Of a stretch of DNA of 64,000 bases, positions 24,906 through 34,788 are shown in pieces (position 1 is the stretch's first letter; every line of letters begins with the position of its first letter). The notes under the pieces were generated by a model. That model did not search any database and was not told where the DNA came from. It saw nothing but the letters and a program-made list of their open reading frames with translations. The position numbers and the translations under genes were made by a program. The stretch comes from an uncultured Desulfosarcina sp. Its GTDB lineage: Bacteria; Desulfobacterota; Desulfobacteria; Desulfobacterales; Desulfosarcinaceae. The stretch lies in NCBI GenBank assembly GCA_963674945.2, contig CAXXWQ010000004.1, positions 32,001-96,000 on the forward strand. The letters are read 5' to 3'.

Positions 24906-26048
24906 CTACCCCCTCAGCATTTCAAGAAACGCCTCGATTCTGGTTCTCACCTGCCCGGTTATACCGGTATAATCCGTTTCGATAACGAGATGCGCAATAC
25001 CTTTTTCCGAAAGCAGGCAGGTCAGGTCGGGAAGCATCATGTTCTGGTGATGACACCATTTCATCGCTACGATGATCACACCCTCGGCGTTGGCAGTCTC
25101 CGCGAGGGTTGAAACATACATGGCCCAATTGTTCTTTGCGGAGTATTTGGTCGGGCACGGGATATCGGTCAAGTACCGCTCAACCAGAGCGTTCATCGGG
25201 CTGAGGCTTTCGTCGACAGGTGTCGAAAAATATCTTTTTCCGACATATAAATCGTCATCGATCACCTCCGCTCCGGCATCTTCCAACAGGTCCAGAAGGT
25301 CTTTTTCCGGAATATCACAGAAATATCCGGACATGATCAGCCTGGATTTATCGTTCGGCGAAGAAGGAATCGCTTCTAGACGATCGATAAACTGTGACAA
25401 AAGCCGGCAGTGTTCTTCCTTGGGCATCAACATGCCTGCGGCGACGATTGTAGCGACATCCCATGCCCGCAGGTGTTGTGGCTTCGTCTTTCTGAGCTCA
25501 TAGAGCCTGTGGAGCAATTTCCGATGAATGTTGTAAAGTGATATGCTCTTTTGCAGCGATTCGTCATCGATATCCCGGCCGGCCAGTCTTTCCAGTGCCG
25601 ATTTGAGTCGATCGAACCCATGGGAGAGGTATTTCCTGGCGTTGACACCGTCCATGTTCGTAGGCACCAGAAAATGGTGATGTGAGCCCGAGGGTTCGTT
25701 CAATGACCATGAGTCGGATACCGCATCCCACGTATAGCAACAGTCCGAGAAGACGAGCAGGTCCATGAAATCGAATCTGCCCTGAAGGCCCATATCGAAA
25801 TTGCTACGCGTCGAATGGCAAAAGTAGGGGTGATTGTGTTTGTCGGCCTGAAGAATATCTTCGTTGCCGCCCAAAAGCACGACCGGTAACATACCGGCCG
25901 CGTCGATGATCTCCTCAGGCACATACATCGGCGTACAACCGACCACCTTTTTACCGGTCTTTTTCTTCCACTCGGCCAAATGTACATAAGGGTTTTCAAC
26001 GATCGACGCAAACTGATGCAGTATTTTTTGCATACTCCTCCTTACCAT
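24906..26048 (-). CDS. 2-hydroxyacyl-CoA dehydratase / class I benzoyl-CoA reductase-like subunit (HgdB/BcrC/BzdN-like)
   Basis: VGCTPMYVPEEIIDAAG, DDDLYVGKRYF, PCPTK, KWC, QVRTRIEAFLEM. Confidence 0.8.
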   Translation of the reverse strand: MVRRSMQKILHQFASIVENPYVHLAEWKKKTGKKVVGCTPMYVPEEIIDAAGMLPVVLLGGNEDILQADKHNHPYFCHSTRSNFDMGLQGRFDFMDLLVFSDCCYTWDAVSDSWSLNEPSGSHHHFLVPTNMDGVNARKYLSHGFDRLKSALERLAGRDIDDESLQKSISLYNIHRKLLHRLYELRKTKPQHLRAWDVATIVAAGMLMPKEEHCRLLSQFIDRLEAIPSSPNDKSRLIMSGYFCDIPEKDLLDLLEDAGAEVIDDDLYVGKRYFSTPVDESLSPMNALVERYLTDIPCPTKYSAKNNWAMYVSTLAETANAEGVIIVAMKWCHHQNMMLPDLTCLLSEKGIAHLVIETDYTGITGQVRTRIEAFLEMLRG

Positions 26049-26078
26049 GACAGAATGCTTGAAAAAACTGAGAAAAAA

Positions 26079-26861
26079 TCATTTTGCCGCATTCACTCTA
26101 TCCCTGGCGAGAAATGCCGCTCCAAGGGCCGCCGTGATTTGAGATGCTTCCGGTACAGACAGTTGAAAGCCCAACCGATCTTCAACACTTTTTACCAGAC
26201 CGATATCCTTCGCCACACCGCCGGTAATGACAAACTCCGGCTCTTTGCCGACCCTGTCTACGAGATTGAGCACTTTTGCCGCTATGGCCGCATGAACACC
26301 TGCCAGTATATCCTCTTTTCGCTCACCTTCGGCAATTCGGGAAATCACTTCCGACTCCGTAAAGACCGCACAACCCGTGGTGAATTGGACAACTTTGTTC
26401 GACCGCAGCGAATGCGGGCCCAATTCCGAAAAGGGTAGATCCAGCACCCGCGCGATGATCTGCAGAAACCTGCCGCTACCCGCAGCGCACCGTTCGCTGA
26501 CCGCAAAATCGCAAACGATTCCTTTTGCATCCAGTTTCGTTACATTGGTCGATTGACCACCCATATCGATTATCGTTCGGACGCAAGGAAAGAGATGACG
26601 TACACCCCTTGCCTGACAGGTGATTTCAGTTACAGGTTTTGAGGCGCCCGATACATTTTCGGCCCCGCAACCGGTTGGCAGTATCAGAGAAATATCCTGC
26701 CTCGTAAGACCGGACTTTTGAAGGGTTTCATTCAATACCGTCTTTGCGGTATCCCGATAATTTTTTCCCGAAGGCATGATCGCATAGGAGATAACGGTAT
26801 CTCCGAGGATCAGGGCTTTGGAAAACACGGATCCGATATCTATCCCGATCACATAATTCAT
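26079..26861 (-). CDS. ASKHA ATPase electron-transfer activase (HgdC/BcrD-like)
   Basis: GIDIGS, DMGGQ, CAAGSGRF, GCAVFTESE, TGGVAK. Confidence 0.88.
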   Translation of the reverse strand: MNYVIGIDIGSVFSKALILGDTVISYAIMPSGKNYRDTAKTVLNETLQKSGLTRQDISLILPTGCGAENVSGASKPVTEITCQARGVRHLFPCVRTIIDMGGQSTNVTKLDAKGIVCDFAVSERCAAGSGRFLQIIARVLDLPFSELGPHSLRSNKVVQFTTGCAVFTESEVISRIAEGERKEDILAGVHAAIAAKVLNLVDRVGKEPEFVITGGVAKDIGLVKSVEDRLGFQLSVPEASQITAALGAAFLARDRVNAAK

Positions 26862-26898
26862 TCGTTTTCTCGAAGAATGTTCTGAAATCAGTTGTATA

Positions 26899-27741
26899 TT
26901 ACATGAAAAAGGTCACCTCTTCTAAACGTCGCTCACTCGATTCAAGCGGTTTTCCCTTCTCAATTGCTCTTTGCACCAGTTCACGCCCCAAAAGAGCAGC
27001 ACCAACGGCTCCTGTCAGCAGTGGTTCGGAAGGTATCAGCGGTTGAACGCCCAACCTATCCGCGAAGGCTTTGGCCAGGCCTTTGCTTTTTGCGCCACCA
27101 CCGGTGAGTACGATGTCTTTCTCAATCCGAAGCCTCTCGGCCATTCCCATGATCCGGTTGGCGCTGGCTTCGAATATCCCGGAAGCGACATCTTCGATGG
27201 CCGCGCCCCTTGTAAGATGGGTGACGATCTCCTGCTCGGCGAACACGGTGCAAACGCTGCTGACACGGACCTTACTGGTTGACTTCATCGCCAGTTCCGA
27301 CATCTCATCAATGCTCAATTCGAGTGTGTCCGCAATGACCTCCAGGAACCGGCCGGTACCGGCAGCACACTTATCGTTCATAACGAAGTCGATCACCTTT
27401 CCATTGGCCAGCTTCATTGCCTTTGCGTCTTGGCCCCCCACTTCGATGATCGTGCGGACCGAAGGAAAAAGGCTGTACACCCCACGGCTATGGCAGGTGA
27501 TCTCTGTTATCTGTTTATCCGCAAACGGCACATTGATGCGACCATATCCGGTGGCAACCACATAAGCCACCTCCTTAAAGGATATCTTTGCCTGATCCAG
27601 AGCCTTCTTCATCACCACATTGGCAAGACGACGATGCTCCGCTCCGGTAGGGCCGATAACATAAGTCATGACGGCATCATCCATGAGAACAACTTTGGTC
27701 ATGGTTGATCCGATATCCACACCTGCAGTGATGTGTTTCAT
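26899..27741 (-). CDS. ASKHA ATPase electron-transfer activase (HgdC/BcrA-like)
   Basis: GVDIGSTMTK, ATGYGR, MNDKCAAGTGRF, SSVCTVFAE. Confidence 0.9.
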   Translation of the reverse strand: MKHITAGVDIGSTMTKVVLMDDAVMTYVIGPTGAEHRRLANVVMKKALDQAKISFKEVAYVVATGYGRINVPFADKQITEITCHSRGVYSLFPSVRTIIEVGGQDAKAMKLANGKVIDFVMNDKCAAGTGRFLEVIADTLELSIDEMSELAMKSTSKVRVSSVCTVFAEQEIVTHLTRGAAIEDVASGIFEASANRIMGMAERLRIEKDIVLTGGGAKSKGLAKAFADRLGVQPLIPSEPLLTGAVGAALLGRELVQRAIEKGKPLESSERRLEEVTFFM

Positions 27742-28044
27742 TCTACTGCATGTCCATGCTTTTGCTTTTCATAATTTTTAAATAGGCAAGCCGTCATGCG
27801 TTCCCACGAATCCCGAATTTTTAATATCAAATCTAAATATTGCAATCAACCCACTCCCGTCACAGTAATTAGGAAACATATCACATCGAAGCAATTGTTT
27901 ACCGAACCATTCATCATCCGCGAGCATGGCTCGGGAACCCTTACATCCATTCGGATGGGCATTTCCGAAAATTGAAATTATCTATAGTGTTTTTTTTGAT
28001 TCATCCAAATTACAAATTGGACTTTTTATATATTCCGTGAAATA

Positions 28045-28063
28045 TGAAATGATACTCATTATT
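28045..28063. promoter_or_regulatory. Candidate Fur/PerR-family operator upstream of the peroxiredoxin
   Basis: TGAAATGATACTCATTATT matches 14/19 of the Fur consensus GATAATGATAATCATTATC; palindromic core AATGA-TAC-TCATT. Confidence 0.45.
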
Positions 28064-28220
28064 ATATCATGTCACCCAAGGAGAGTAGAAGGAACCAACC
28101 AATTTCCCTGGGCGGTGCTGGTCTTTCATTACTTGTAACCGGACGCGGATTGGCATAAACGTGTTCTGTTTGCCATCGAAAGGCCTATATCGATTACAAA
28201 CCCAAAAAAGGAGAGGAAAA

Positions 28221-28871
28221 ATGGAAGAGACAAAAAATAGTCTGCCATTGCTTGGAGACAAATTTCCTGATTTGAAGGTTCAAACAACCCATGGGCCGAT
28301 GAATATTCCCGGCGACCTAAAAGGCAAGTGGTTTGTGTTTTTCAGCCACCCCGCTGACTTTACGCCGGTTTGCACCACGGAATTTGTCGCCTTTCAAAAA
28401 CGGTACGAGCAGTTTGAAGCGCTCGGTTGCCAGTTGATTGGAATGTCCATCGATCAGGTATTTTCGCACATCAAATGGGTCCAATGGATTAAAGCGGAAC
28501 TGGACATAGAGATAAAATTTCCCATTGTCGCCGCTAACGATGCTGTGGCCATGAAGCTCGGAATGCTGCATCCCGGTAAAGGTACGAACACTGTACGGGC
28601 CGTATTCATCGGAGACCCGGCAGGGAAAATTCGTTTGATCATGTACTATCCACAGGAAATCGGACGCAACATGGATGAAATTGTCCGCGTGGTCAAAGCG
28701 CTTCAAATCGCGGACAAACAGGGCGCTGTGGCGGCAGGATGGCCGAATAACGAGCTCATCGGAGACCGGATCATTGTGCCTCCACCAACCAATGAGGCGG
28801 ATGCCGCAAAACGATCGGGTCAATACGAGTGCTATGACTGGTGGTTTTGCCACAAGCCGCTGGAAAAATAA
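28221..28871 (+). CDS. Peroxiredoxin (Prx6 subfamily)
   Basis: [25 protein letters not shown]-terminal CYDWWFC; AGGAGAGG RBS. Confidence 0.93.
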   Translation: MEETKNSLPLLGDKFPDLKVQTTHGPMNIPGDLKGKWFVFFSHPADFTPVCTTEFVAFQKRYEQFEALGCQLIGMSIDQVFSHIKWVQWIKAELDIEIKFPIVAANDAVAMKLGMLHPGKGTNTVRAVFIGDPAGKIRLIMYYPQEIGRNMDEIVRVVKALQIADKQGAVAAGWPNNELIGDRIIVPPPTNEADAAKRSGQYECYDWWFCHKPLEK

Positions 28872-28873
28872 GG

Positions 28874-30472
28874 ATGGGACATTCCTTACGAAACAAGGTG
28901 TTTCCCATCAATGCGCTCCCCTCTTTTCAAATGGTTGAGGCCGGGATCGACGACATTTCCTGGAATGCCGATATCAAATTTGAGGCCGTAAAAAAGTATT
29001 ATCAGCAGGTGGATGCCGATATCCTGTTCTACTTCAGCGATATCGCCATTCAGGCGGAGGCCATGGGTGCGAAGGTGTGTTTTTCACCCGATGCCATGCC
29101 GTCCGTGGAGATGCCCGGCAGTTCCGTTAATGTTGTCCCACCTGCAACGGTTCCCAGGATGGCGGTCAATGCCCAGGTCCTGAAGCGTATGGCAAAGGAG
29201 TTTCCGGACAGGACCCTGTCCACCATGGTGTACGGCCCCTTCACCGTGGCCGGGCAATTGGCCGGGGAACAGGAACTTCTTCGGGGAATTGTGGAAAGGC
29301 CGGGAGAAGTCCTTGATCTGATGGAAAAATGCCTGGCCTGCGCCCGGGATTACGGCCGCTATCTTCTGGACGCGGGGGCCGAGGTCTTCTGGATTTCAGA
29401 CCCCCTGGCGGCCCTGCTGCCGCCCGACAGCTTCTGGCGGTTTGCAGGAGAATTTTTGGCCCGTCTTTATGACATCCATCCAACGGAACCCACGGTCCTT
29501 CATATCTGTGGGGACACCTCACAGATCCTCAAGGACATGGTCAAGACCGGAGTCCGGGCCATCAGTTTTGATCAGTGTATGGACCTTCTGGCCTATGAAG
29601 ACATTGTTCCGGAATCGGTGGGCATTGTCGGCAATATCGATCCAGTGGAGATCATCGAACTGGCCCCGCCCGAAGAGGTGGCGGCAAGTACGAAGGACCT
29701 GGTGGCCACCATGGGCGTAAAGGATAATTTTATCTTGAGCACCGGTTGTGCCCTTCCGCCGGGAACCCCCATTGCAAATGTAGTGCGTTTCATTGAGACG
29801 GGCAAAAGGGCCTTGTCCGAACTTACGCCCCATGCCCAAACCCTTTCCCGGCTGTCCGACGCGGTCCACCGGGGAAAACGCGAAACCGTGTCGGCGTTGG
29901 TCTCAACGTCCCTGAAAGAAGAGACAGACCCTCTCATGATCGTCAATTCAGCCCTGATGCGGGCGGTGCGCAAAGGCAGTGCCTGTTATGAGTCACGGCA
30001 GTCCTTCCTGCCGGAGATTCTTTTGATGGTGGATGCCTTTTACCAGGGATTCCGCACATTGGAACCGCACCTGGGCGCCGCGGGAGACCGGCCGCCCCAG
30101 GTGATTCTCGGAACGGTCAAGGGGGATTTCCACGAGATCGGCAAGAATCTGGTCAGGATCATTCTGGAAACCAATGGTGTAAAGGTGCTTGACCTGGGCG
30201 TCAATGTCCCGGCCGGGGACTTTCTTGCGGCCGTCAACACTTATGAGGCACCTGTGGTAGGATTATCCGCTTTTATCACCGGCGCCCGCAAGCAATTGGT
30301 CGAGATTGTCAACAACTTCAACCGGTCCGATGTCCGTCCGGTTTCCATTATTGTGGGCGGGGCAGCGGTCAACCCGCAGATCGCCGCTTCCATCGGAACG
30401 CAGGGGTATGCCCGCGATGCCGTGGGGGCCGTAAAACTGGTCAAGGACATCTTGGGAAAAACCAACGGGTAA
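28874..30472 (+). CDS. Fused MT2/UroD-like methyltransferase and corrinoid-binding protein
   Basis: N-terminal GPFTVAG, LHICG and STGC (H-x-C...C Zn site); C-terminal cap domain (FLPEILL) and GTVKGDFHEIGKNLV (DxHxxG), VGLSA, VGGAAV. Confidence 0.88.
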   Translation: MGHSLRNKVFPINALPSFQMVEAGIDDISWNADIKFEAVKKYYQQVDADILFYFSDIAIQAEAMGAKVCFSPDAMPSVEMPGSSVNVVPPATVPRMAVNAQVLKRMAKEFPDRTLSTMVYGPFTVAGQLAGEQELLRGIVERPGEVLDLMEKCLACARDYGRYLLDAGAEVFWISDPLAALLPPDSFWRFAGEFLARLYDIHPTEPTVLHICGDTSQILKDMVKTGVRAISFDQCMDLLAYEDIVPESVGIVGNIDPVEIIELAPPEEVAASTKDLVATMGVKDNFILSTGCALPPGTPIANVVRFIETGKRALSELTPHAQTLSRLSDAVHRGKRETVSALVSTSLKEETDPLMIVNSALMRAVRKGSACYESRQSFLPEILLMVDAFYQGFRTLEPHLGAAGDRPPQVILGTVKGDFHEIGKNLVRIILETNGVKVLDLGVNVPAGDFLAAVNTYEAPVVGLSAFITGARKQLVEIVNNFNRSDVRPVSIIVGGAAVNPQIAASIGTQGYARDAVGAVKLVKDILGKTNG

Positions 30473-30481
30473 GAGGGCGTC

Positions 30482-30844
30482 ATGGCAGGAGAGATACCGC
30501 GACTCACGGAAAAAGTCCTGAAATATCTTCAGATTGAAAAGGACTCTCTCGCCATGGAACAGACCGCACGACTCTGGAACGAGGCCCATCAGCTGCTGGA
30601 TGTGCGGCGTTGGCGCCATCTGCTTCCCGTGAATGAATTTTTTCTCCTTTTTCATTCACACGCCCGGCAAAACAAGGCCATTACCCGGCTGCTGGCCGAG
30701 GCCCATCAGGTTTGGCTCATGGCCGTGAGCCTGGGGGATGACCTGGAACGACGTTCCCGGGATTATTTTGCACAAAACGAGACGTTCTCCGGGTACATTC
30801 TGGACCGCATGGGAAGCTATCTCGTGGAAGGGGAGATGATGTAA
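30482..30844 (+). pseudogene. Probably truncated B12 methyltransferase reactivation (MetH C-terminal-like) domain
   Basis: LMAVSLGDDLE...GYILDRMGSYLVE resembles the N-terminal half of stand-alone reactivation domains; the expected R-x-SPGY region is absent. Confidence 0.55.
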
Positions 30845-30987
30845 GATACATGGACGGAGGATGCGAGAAGTTCGTGGCAGGCGGATTTGACGGTGAAACG
30901 ACGGCGAACGACCCGACAGCTGCCACTATGGATTATGTTGCTGCTCACTATACAGAGTATATCTCCTGTATTATAGTGAACAAATGA
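30835..30987 (+). pseudogene. Rhodanese/sulfurtransferase gene fragment
   Basis: Startless frame DDVRYMDGGCEKFVAGGFDGETTANDPT resembles DVRILNGGYQAWTEAGYSVETGP of the rhodanese at 57603-58673. Confidence 0.5.
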
Positions 30988-31015
30988 GAATCGGGGTGGA
31001 AATTATTGTTATTCT

Positions 31016-31912
31016 TTACCTTCTTTTTTTCATCATCTGATCCCACTCTTCCGTGCCGCCTTCAAAATTTTTGACAACGCCCAATCCTGCAAGTTCGTGG
31101 ACCATCCAGGTGAATCCCGACCTGATGCCGCCGGTACAATAATATACCACCGGTTTGGTAAGATCCACTCCCTTATCGCGTAGCATCGTTCTCAATGCAT
31201 CTGCAGAAAGAAACTGCCGATGATCACCGTAGTAAAATTTCTCCCATGGAATATGGACGGCGCCGGGAAGATGCCCGGGCAACCATTCCGTGAAATAATT
31301 TCGGGTGTCTACCAGGTTGATGGTGTCACCGGCTTTGGCAATCTCAACGGCACTGATATGTTGATCCGGCTGTAGATCGATTCGGTAATTTTTGGCCGGA
31401 ACGTCGAATTTGTCATTTTTTTCTACCGGATATCCCTTTGACCGCCATAATGAAATCCCTCCGTCCAAAGCATATACCGGTCCACGATGCCCCAGCCAGG
31501 CAAATACCCAGGCAACCCAGCCTTCCCCGCCCCAACTGGTGTCCGCATCCCCATAAACGACCAAGGCATCGGTATGGCTGATCCCCATTTTGCCCAGCGC
31601 GTCGACCAATTCCTCTGGAGGAAATGTCCGGTATTTAACGCCGCCGGTATCCTCACGGGTGTAGGACTCCCAGGAAAAGGAACGGGCAGTTGGAATATGG
31701 CCCTTTTGCCAGATGGCGACGGGGCGGGCATCCATAAATATCAATCGATCCATATCCGCGGCCGCATCATCAACCCTTATTTTCTTGAGTTCAATACCTG
31801 TTGCCGGCGTGCACAATAGTAAAACGCCGATCAATGATACAATCGCCAACCGTATCGATAAGGTAAATGGCAGATGACTCACTGTTGAAAGGATGGAGTG
31901 TTCAGGATTCAA
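31016..31912 (-). CDS. Exported tandem-domain sulfurtransferase (rhodanese, SseA-like)
   Basis: Hydrophobic leader, GHIPTA, LDGG..W, GHLPGA, catalytic YCTGGIRS, FEGGTEEW. Confidence 0.9.
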   Translation of the reverse strand: MNPEHSILSTVSHLPFTLSIRLAIVSLIGVLLLCTPATGIELKKIRVDDAAADMDRLIFMDARPVAIWQKGHIPTARSFSWESYTREDTGGVKYRTFPPEELVDALGKMGISHTDALVVYGDADTSWGGEGWVAWVFAWLGHRGPVYALDGGISLWRSKGYPVEKNDKFDVPAKNYRIDLQPDQHISAVEIAKAGDTINLVDTRNYFTEWLPGHLPGAVHIPWEKFYYGDHRQFLSADALRTMLRDKGVDLTKPVVYYCTGGIRSGFTWMVHELAGLGVVKNFEGGTEEWDQMMKKRR

Positions 31913-31973
31913 TGATTTTCTTTCAACTGACGATGCGAAAAGACAGTAAACAGGATTGTTATATCAATCCACG

Positions 31974-32819
31974 CTATTTGCCGTGCTGAAATGAAATTGC
32001 AATCGTCCAGGTGGTGCCTTTTGCCGTATTTTCTCCCCATACGGCCGGCGTACAGCCCAGTTCAAGACCCAGGGCGGTGGTTAGCCGGAAACCCAGCGTC
32101 ATGTCGAGCTTGGCCAGGTCATATTCTAGCGTACTTGTCGGATTTCCGAATGCATCTGTTTGATTATCCGCATTGTCCATGCTCACCAGGGCGTCGAGTT
32201 TGGCCCGGACATAAAACTTTTTTCCCAGATCCGAACCAATCTCCACCAGATACCGGAATTCATCACTCGGGTCTTTATCGCGCCAGCGATACCCCGCTTC
32301 CAGATTCATATAGCCCGGAATCAAAGGCCACAGGGACCGACCGTACATCAGACGCAGTTCATAATCATACTGGCCGTTTCCCAGGGGCATGGCATCTTCG
32401 TCATCATAGAACTCAGGTATTTTGATCAATCCCTGCAAGGAAAAAACGCCTGGTTTTCCTGAGTATAACTGATACCGAAGACCAAGATCCATGTCTCCGA
32501 TACCAGTTGTCTGGTAATTCCAGTAATCGTCATCCCGCTCGATATCCTTGTAATAAAAAGAACCGAAAACGGTCAAGGTATTCAGGATGCCGTACTCGCC
32601 GTAATAATTTATGCTGTATTCGGTGAATTCCCCGTTATCCGCCATGGACTGACTGTCTCCGTCAGTGTTGAACTCTTTATCGGCAAAATAATAATTCCCC
32701 GCCAATCGATGATAACTCTTACCCTGCTCCTGGGTCCATGCACCCGCAGACACAATTTCTGCACCCCAAAATACCATGCATACGGTAATCAAAATCCCGA
32801 TGAACCATTTTATTTTCAT
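31974..32819 (-). CDS. Putative outer-membrane beta-barrel protein
   Basis: Signal peptide followed by GAWTQEQG, alternating aromatic beta-strands, GIGDMDLGLRY, PLGNGQYD; GGAG RBS before ATG 32819. Confidence 0.65.
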   Translation of the reverse strand: MKIKWFIGILITVCMVFWGAEIVSAGAWTQEQGKSYHRLAGNYYFADKEFNTDGDSQSMADNGEFTEYSINYYGEYGILNTLTVFGSFYYKDIERDDDYWNYQTTGIGDMDLGLRYQLYSGKPGVFSLQGLIKIPEFYDDEDAMPLGNGQYDYELRLMYGRSLWPLIPGYMNLEAGYRWRDKDPSDEFRYLVEIGSDLGKKFYVRAKLDALVSMDNADNQTDAFGNPTSTLEYDLAKLDMTLGFRLTTALGLELGCTPAVWGENTAKGTTWTIAISFQHGK

Positions 32820-32865
32820 TTTTTGCTCCCACGTTCGGTGATAAAAAGTACGTCTTTGAATCCAC

Positions 32866-34788
32866 CTATTTTGACAAACCGAGTTCGTTTTCCCCTCCAC
32901 GCTTCAACTTGCGCATGAGGAGAGGAATCATCGAAACCAAAGCGATCAGCAGCACACCAATGAGAAATGCAGGAGATACTTTCCCCTTGAACAGATCCAT
33001 CAGGGAACTCGAAAATACGATGAATGCGATACAAGCCGGCAGCATACAGATAAAGGACGTAACCGCATAAGGCAAAAACCGGATGGGGGTCAGGCCAAAG
33101 GCATAGTTCAGCAGATTAAACGGAAACAGTGGGACAAGACGGGTAAAAGCGACGATTTTCCAGCCGTTTTTCGCAACGCTTTCGTCCAGTTGTTTCCAGC
33201 GAGGACCGGTAAGTTTCGTGGCAACCCAGTCCCGCGCAATATAACGTGACACGAAAAATGAAAGGCTGGCCCCGGCAGTGGCACCGACAATGCTGTATAC
33301 GACACCCCAAAAGGGGCCGAACAAAATACCACCTGCAATTGTCAGGGGAAGGCCCGGCAGAAATAAGGCAGGGGTGATTGTATATAGCAAGACAAACGCC
33401 AGTGGTGCCAACGGGCCGAGAGATGCAACCCATTGCTGCAAGGTCTCGGAATCAAAGTTTCCAACGATTCCTGAATAACGAAGTCCCACAATGGCAGCAA
33501 TGATAATGAGCAAAACGATGAGTTTTGCTTTTCCTGCCTTGGCGGGTGCGCCGTTGACCGTCTCTTTTGTATCGAAAAGATAGGTCCGTTCCCTGAAAAC
33601 AGGGGCTGGATGATGCTTCTGCAGATACCGTTTCAATCGGATTCGGTTGAAATAGGTCAAGGGGGCTTTTGCGAACTTTCGTTTCCCTGCGGCAACGTCC
33701 TGGGGGAAGAAGACTGCATCCAGAATGTGATCCGTGGGCGTTTTTCTGTTTAAGAAACCCGCGCAACCCGCACAATAGGTGAGCAAGCGGTAACTTCCCG
33801 CCTCTTTTTTACGCCGTTCACTCCATTTGTCGGAAAATTCAGGCGCAACGAATCCCACCGCCCCCCCCTCACCGCAACACATGGCTTTTTTGCGGCTGTG
33901 TGGCATTTCGTCAATAACGTAGACACTGTTTGCAGCAAGTTTCCGTACCGCATCCTGGATCCCCTTCTCATTTCTCAGGACACAGGGATCATGGATGGCC
34001 ATGATCGGAGTGTTGCTTGCGGTATTCGGGCGAACGGCACGATCGTCCTGGGTTTCTGTCGTGTCATCAACGGAAAGGAGTTCGTATGCCGAAATTACGT
34101 GAAGGGTCTGGCCGTATGTTTTAAATACTTTATAACAATTGGGACAGACCACGATGACGGTTGTAACGCCATTATATGTCAGATAACCGCGCATTTCCGT
34201 GAACATGTCCTGGAAAAAATCTGTGCACCCCAGATCGTGAGATGACTTGCAGCAGCAGTCCAGAACAATGCCCAGTTTCGGTCGTGATTGTTTTAAATGC
34301 TCATAGAGGGCAATGGTTGTATCCATACGGGTTCCGGCAAATGTACAACCGGGAAACAGCACCGTGTCGCATCCGTCCGGCAAACTATACCACGAGTATT
34401 TTTTGGATACCCCACGTTGTTCATAGGCCATGATCCCCTTATGATTCGGTAGCGGTGCGATCCCACGTGCCACCGCTTCCCGACGCATTTCAAGAAACAT
34501 CTCCTCCGGAGATAGGCCCACAGGACAGGATGCACTGCAAAGACCGCACAGGCTGCAGTCGAAGGCCATCATCAGCCATGATGGATTGTCAGGGTCGAAA
34601 TTCTCGGCAATACATCCAGGAGACCCATTTTTTTGTAAAAAAGCACATTCCGCCGTACATTTTGGACATTTCACGCATTTTTCCGCGACGAGCGAAACCT
34701 GTGCGCTAAGGCGGTTGTGGGAAAAATTCTGCTGATCTGCAAGCCCATTCTCCATGCATTTTGCCGTAGAACTGGATTGAGTGTTCAT
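32866..34788 (-). CDS. HdrC/D-like Fe-S (CCG-domain) protein fused to a DedA/VTT (TVP38) membrane domain
   Basis: Two CxxCxxCxxxC motifs, FPGC, CCC, CPNC, HDPC, CCGEGG, YCAGC; C-terminal LPGLPLTIAGG and RLVPLFPFNLLNYAFG. Confidence 0.85.
   Translation of the reverse strand: MNTQSSSTAKCMENGLADQQNFSHNRLSAQVSLVAEKCVKCPKCTAECAFLQKNGSPGCIAENFDPDNPSWLMMAFDCSLCGLCSASCPVGLSPEEMFLEMRREAVARGIAPLPNHKGIMAYEQRGVSKKYSWYSLPDGCDTVLFPGCTFAGTRMDTTIALYEHLKQSRPKLGIVLDCCCKSSHDLGCTDFFQDMFTEMRGYLTYNGVTTVIVVCPNCYKVFKTYGQTLHVISAYELLSVDDTTETQDDRAVRPNTASNTPIMAIHDPCVLRNEKGIQDAVRKLAANSVYVIDEMPHSRKKAMCCGEGGAVGFVAPEFSDKWSERRKKEAGSYRLLTYCAGCAGFLNRKTPTDHILDAVFFPQDVAAGKRKFAKAPLTYFNRIRLKRYLQKHHPAPVFRERTYLFDTKETVNGAPAKAGKAKLIVLLIIIAAIVGLRYSGIVGNFDSETLQQWVASLGPLAPLAFVLLYTITPALFLPGLPLTIAGGILFGPFWGVVYSIVGATAGASLSFFVSRYIARDWVATKLTGPRWKQLDESVAKNGWKIVAFTRLVPLFPFNLLNYAFGLTPIRFLPYAVTSFICMLPACIAFIVFSSSLMDLFKGKVSPAFLIGVLLIALVSMIPLLMRKLKRGGENELGLSK

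Noticed and set aside
28874..30472. HgcA-type mercury methylase
   Set aside because: It has a DxHxxG Rossmann corrinoid domain rather than the HgcA N(V/I)WCA cap-helix motif, with no TM domain and no hgcB
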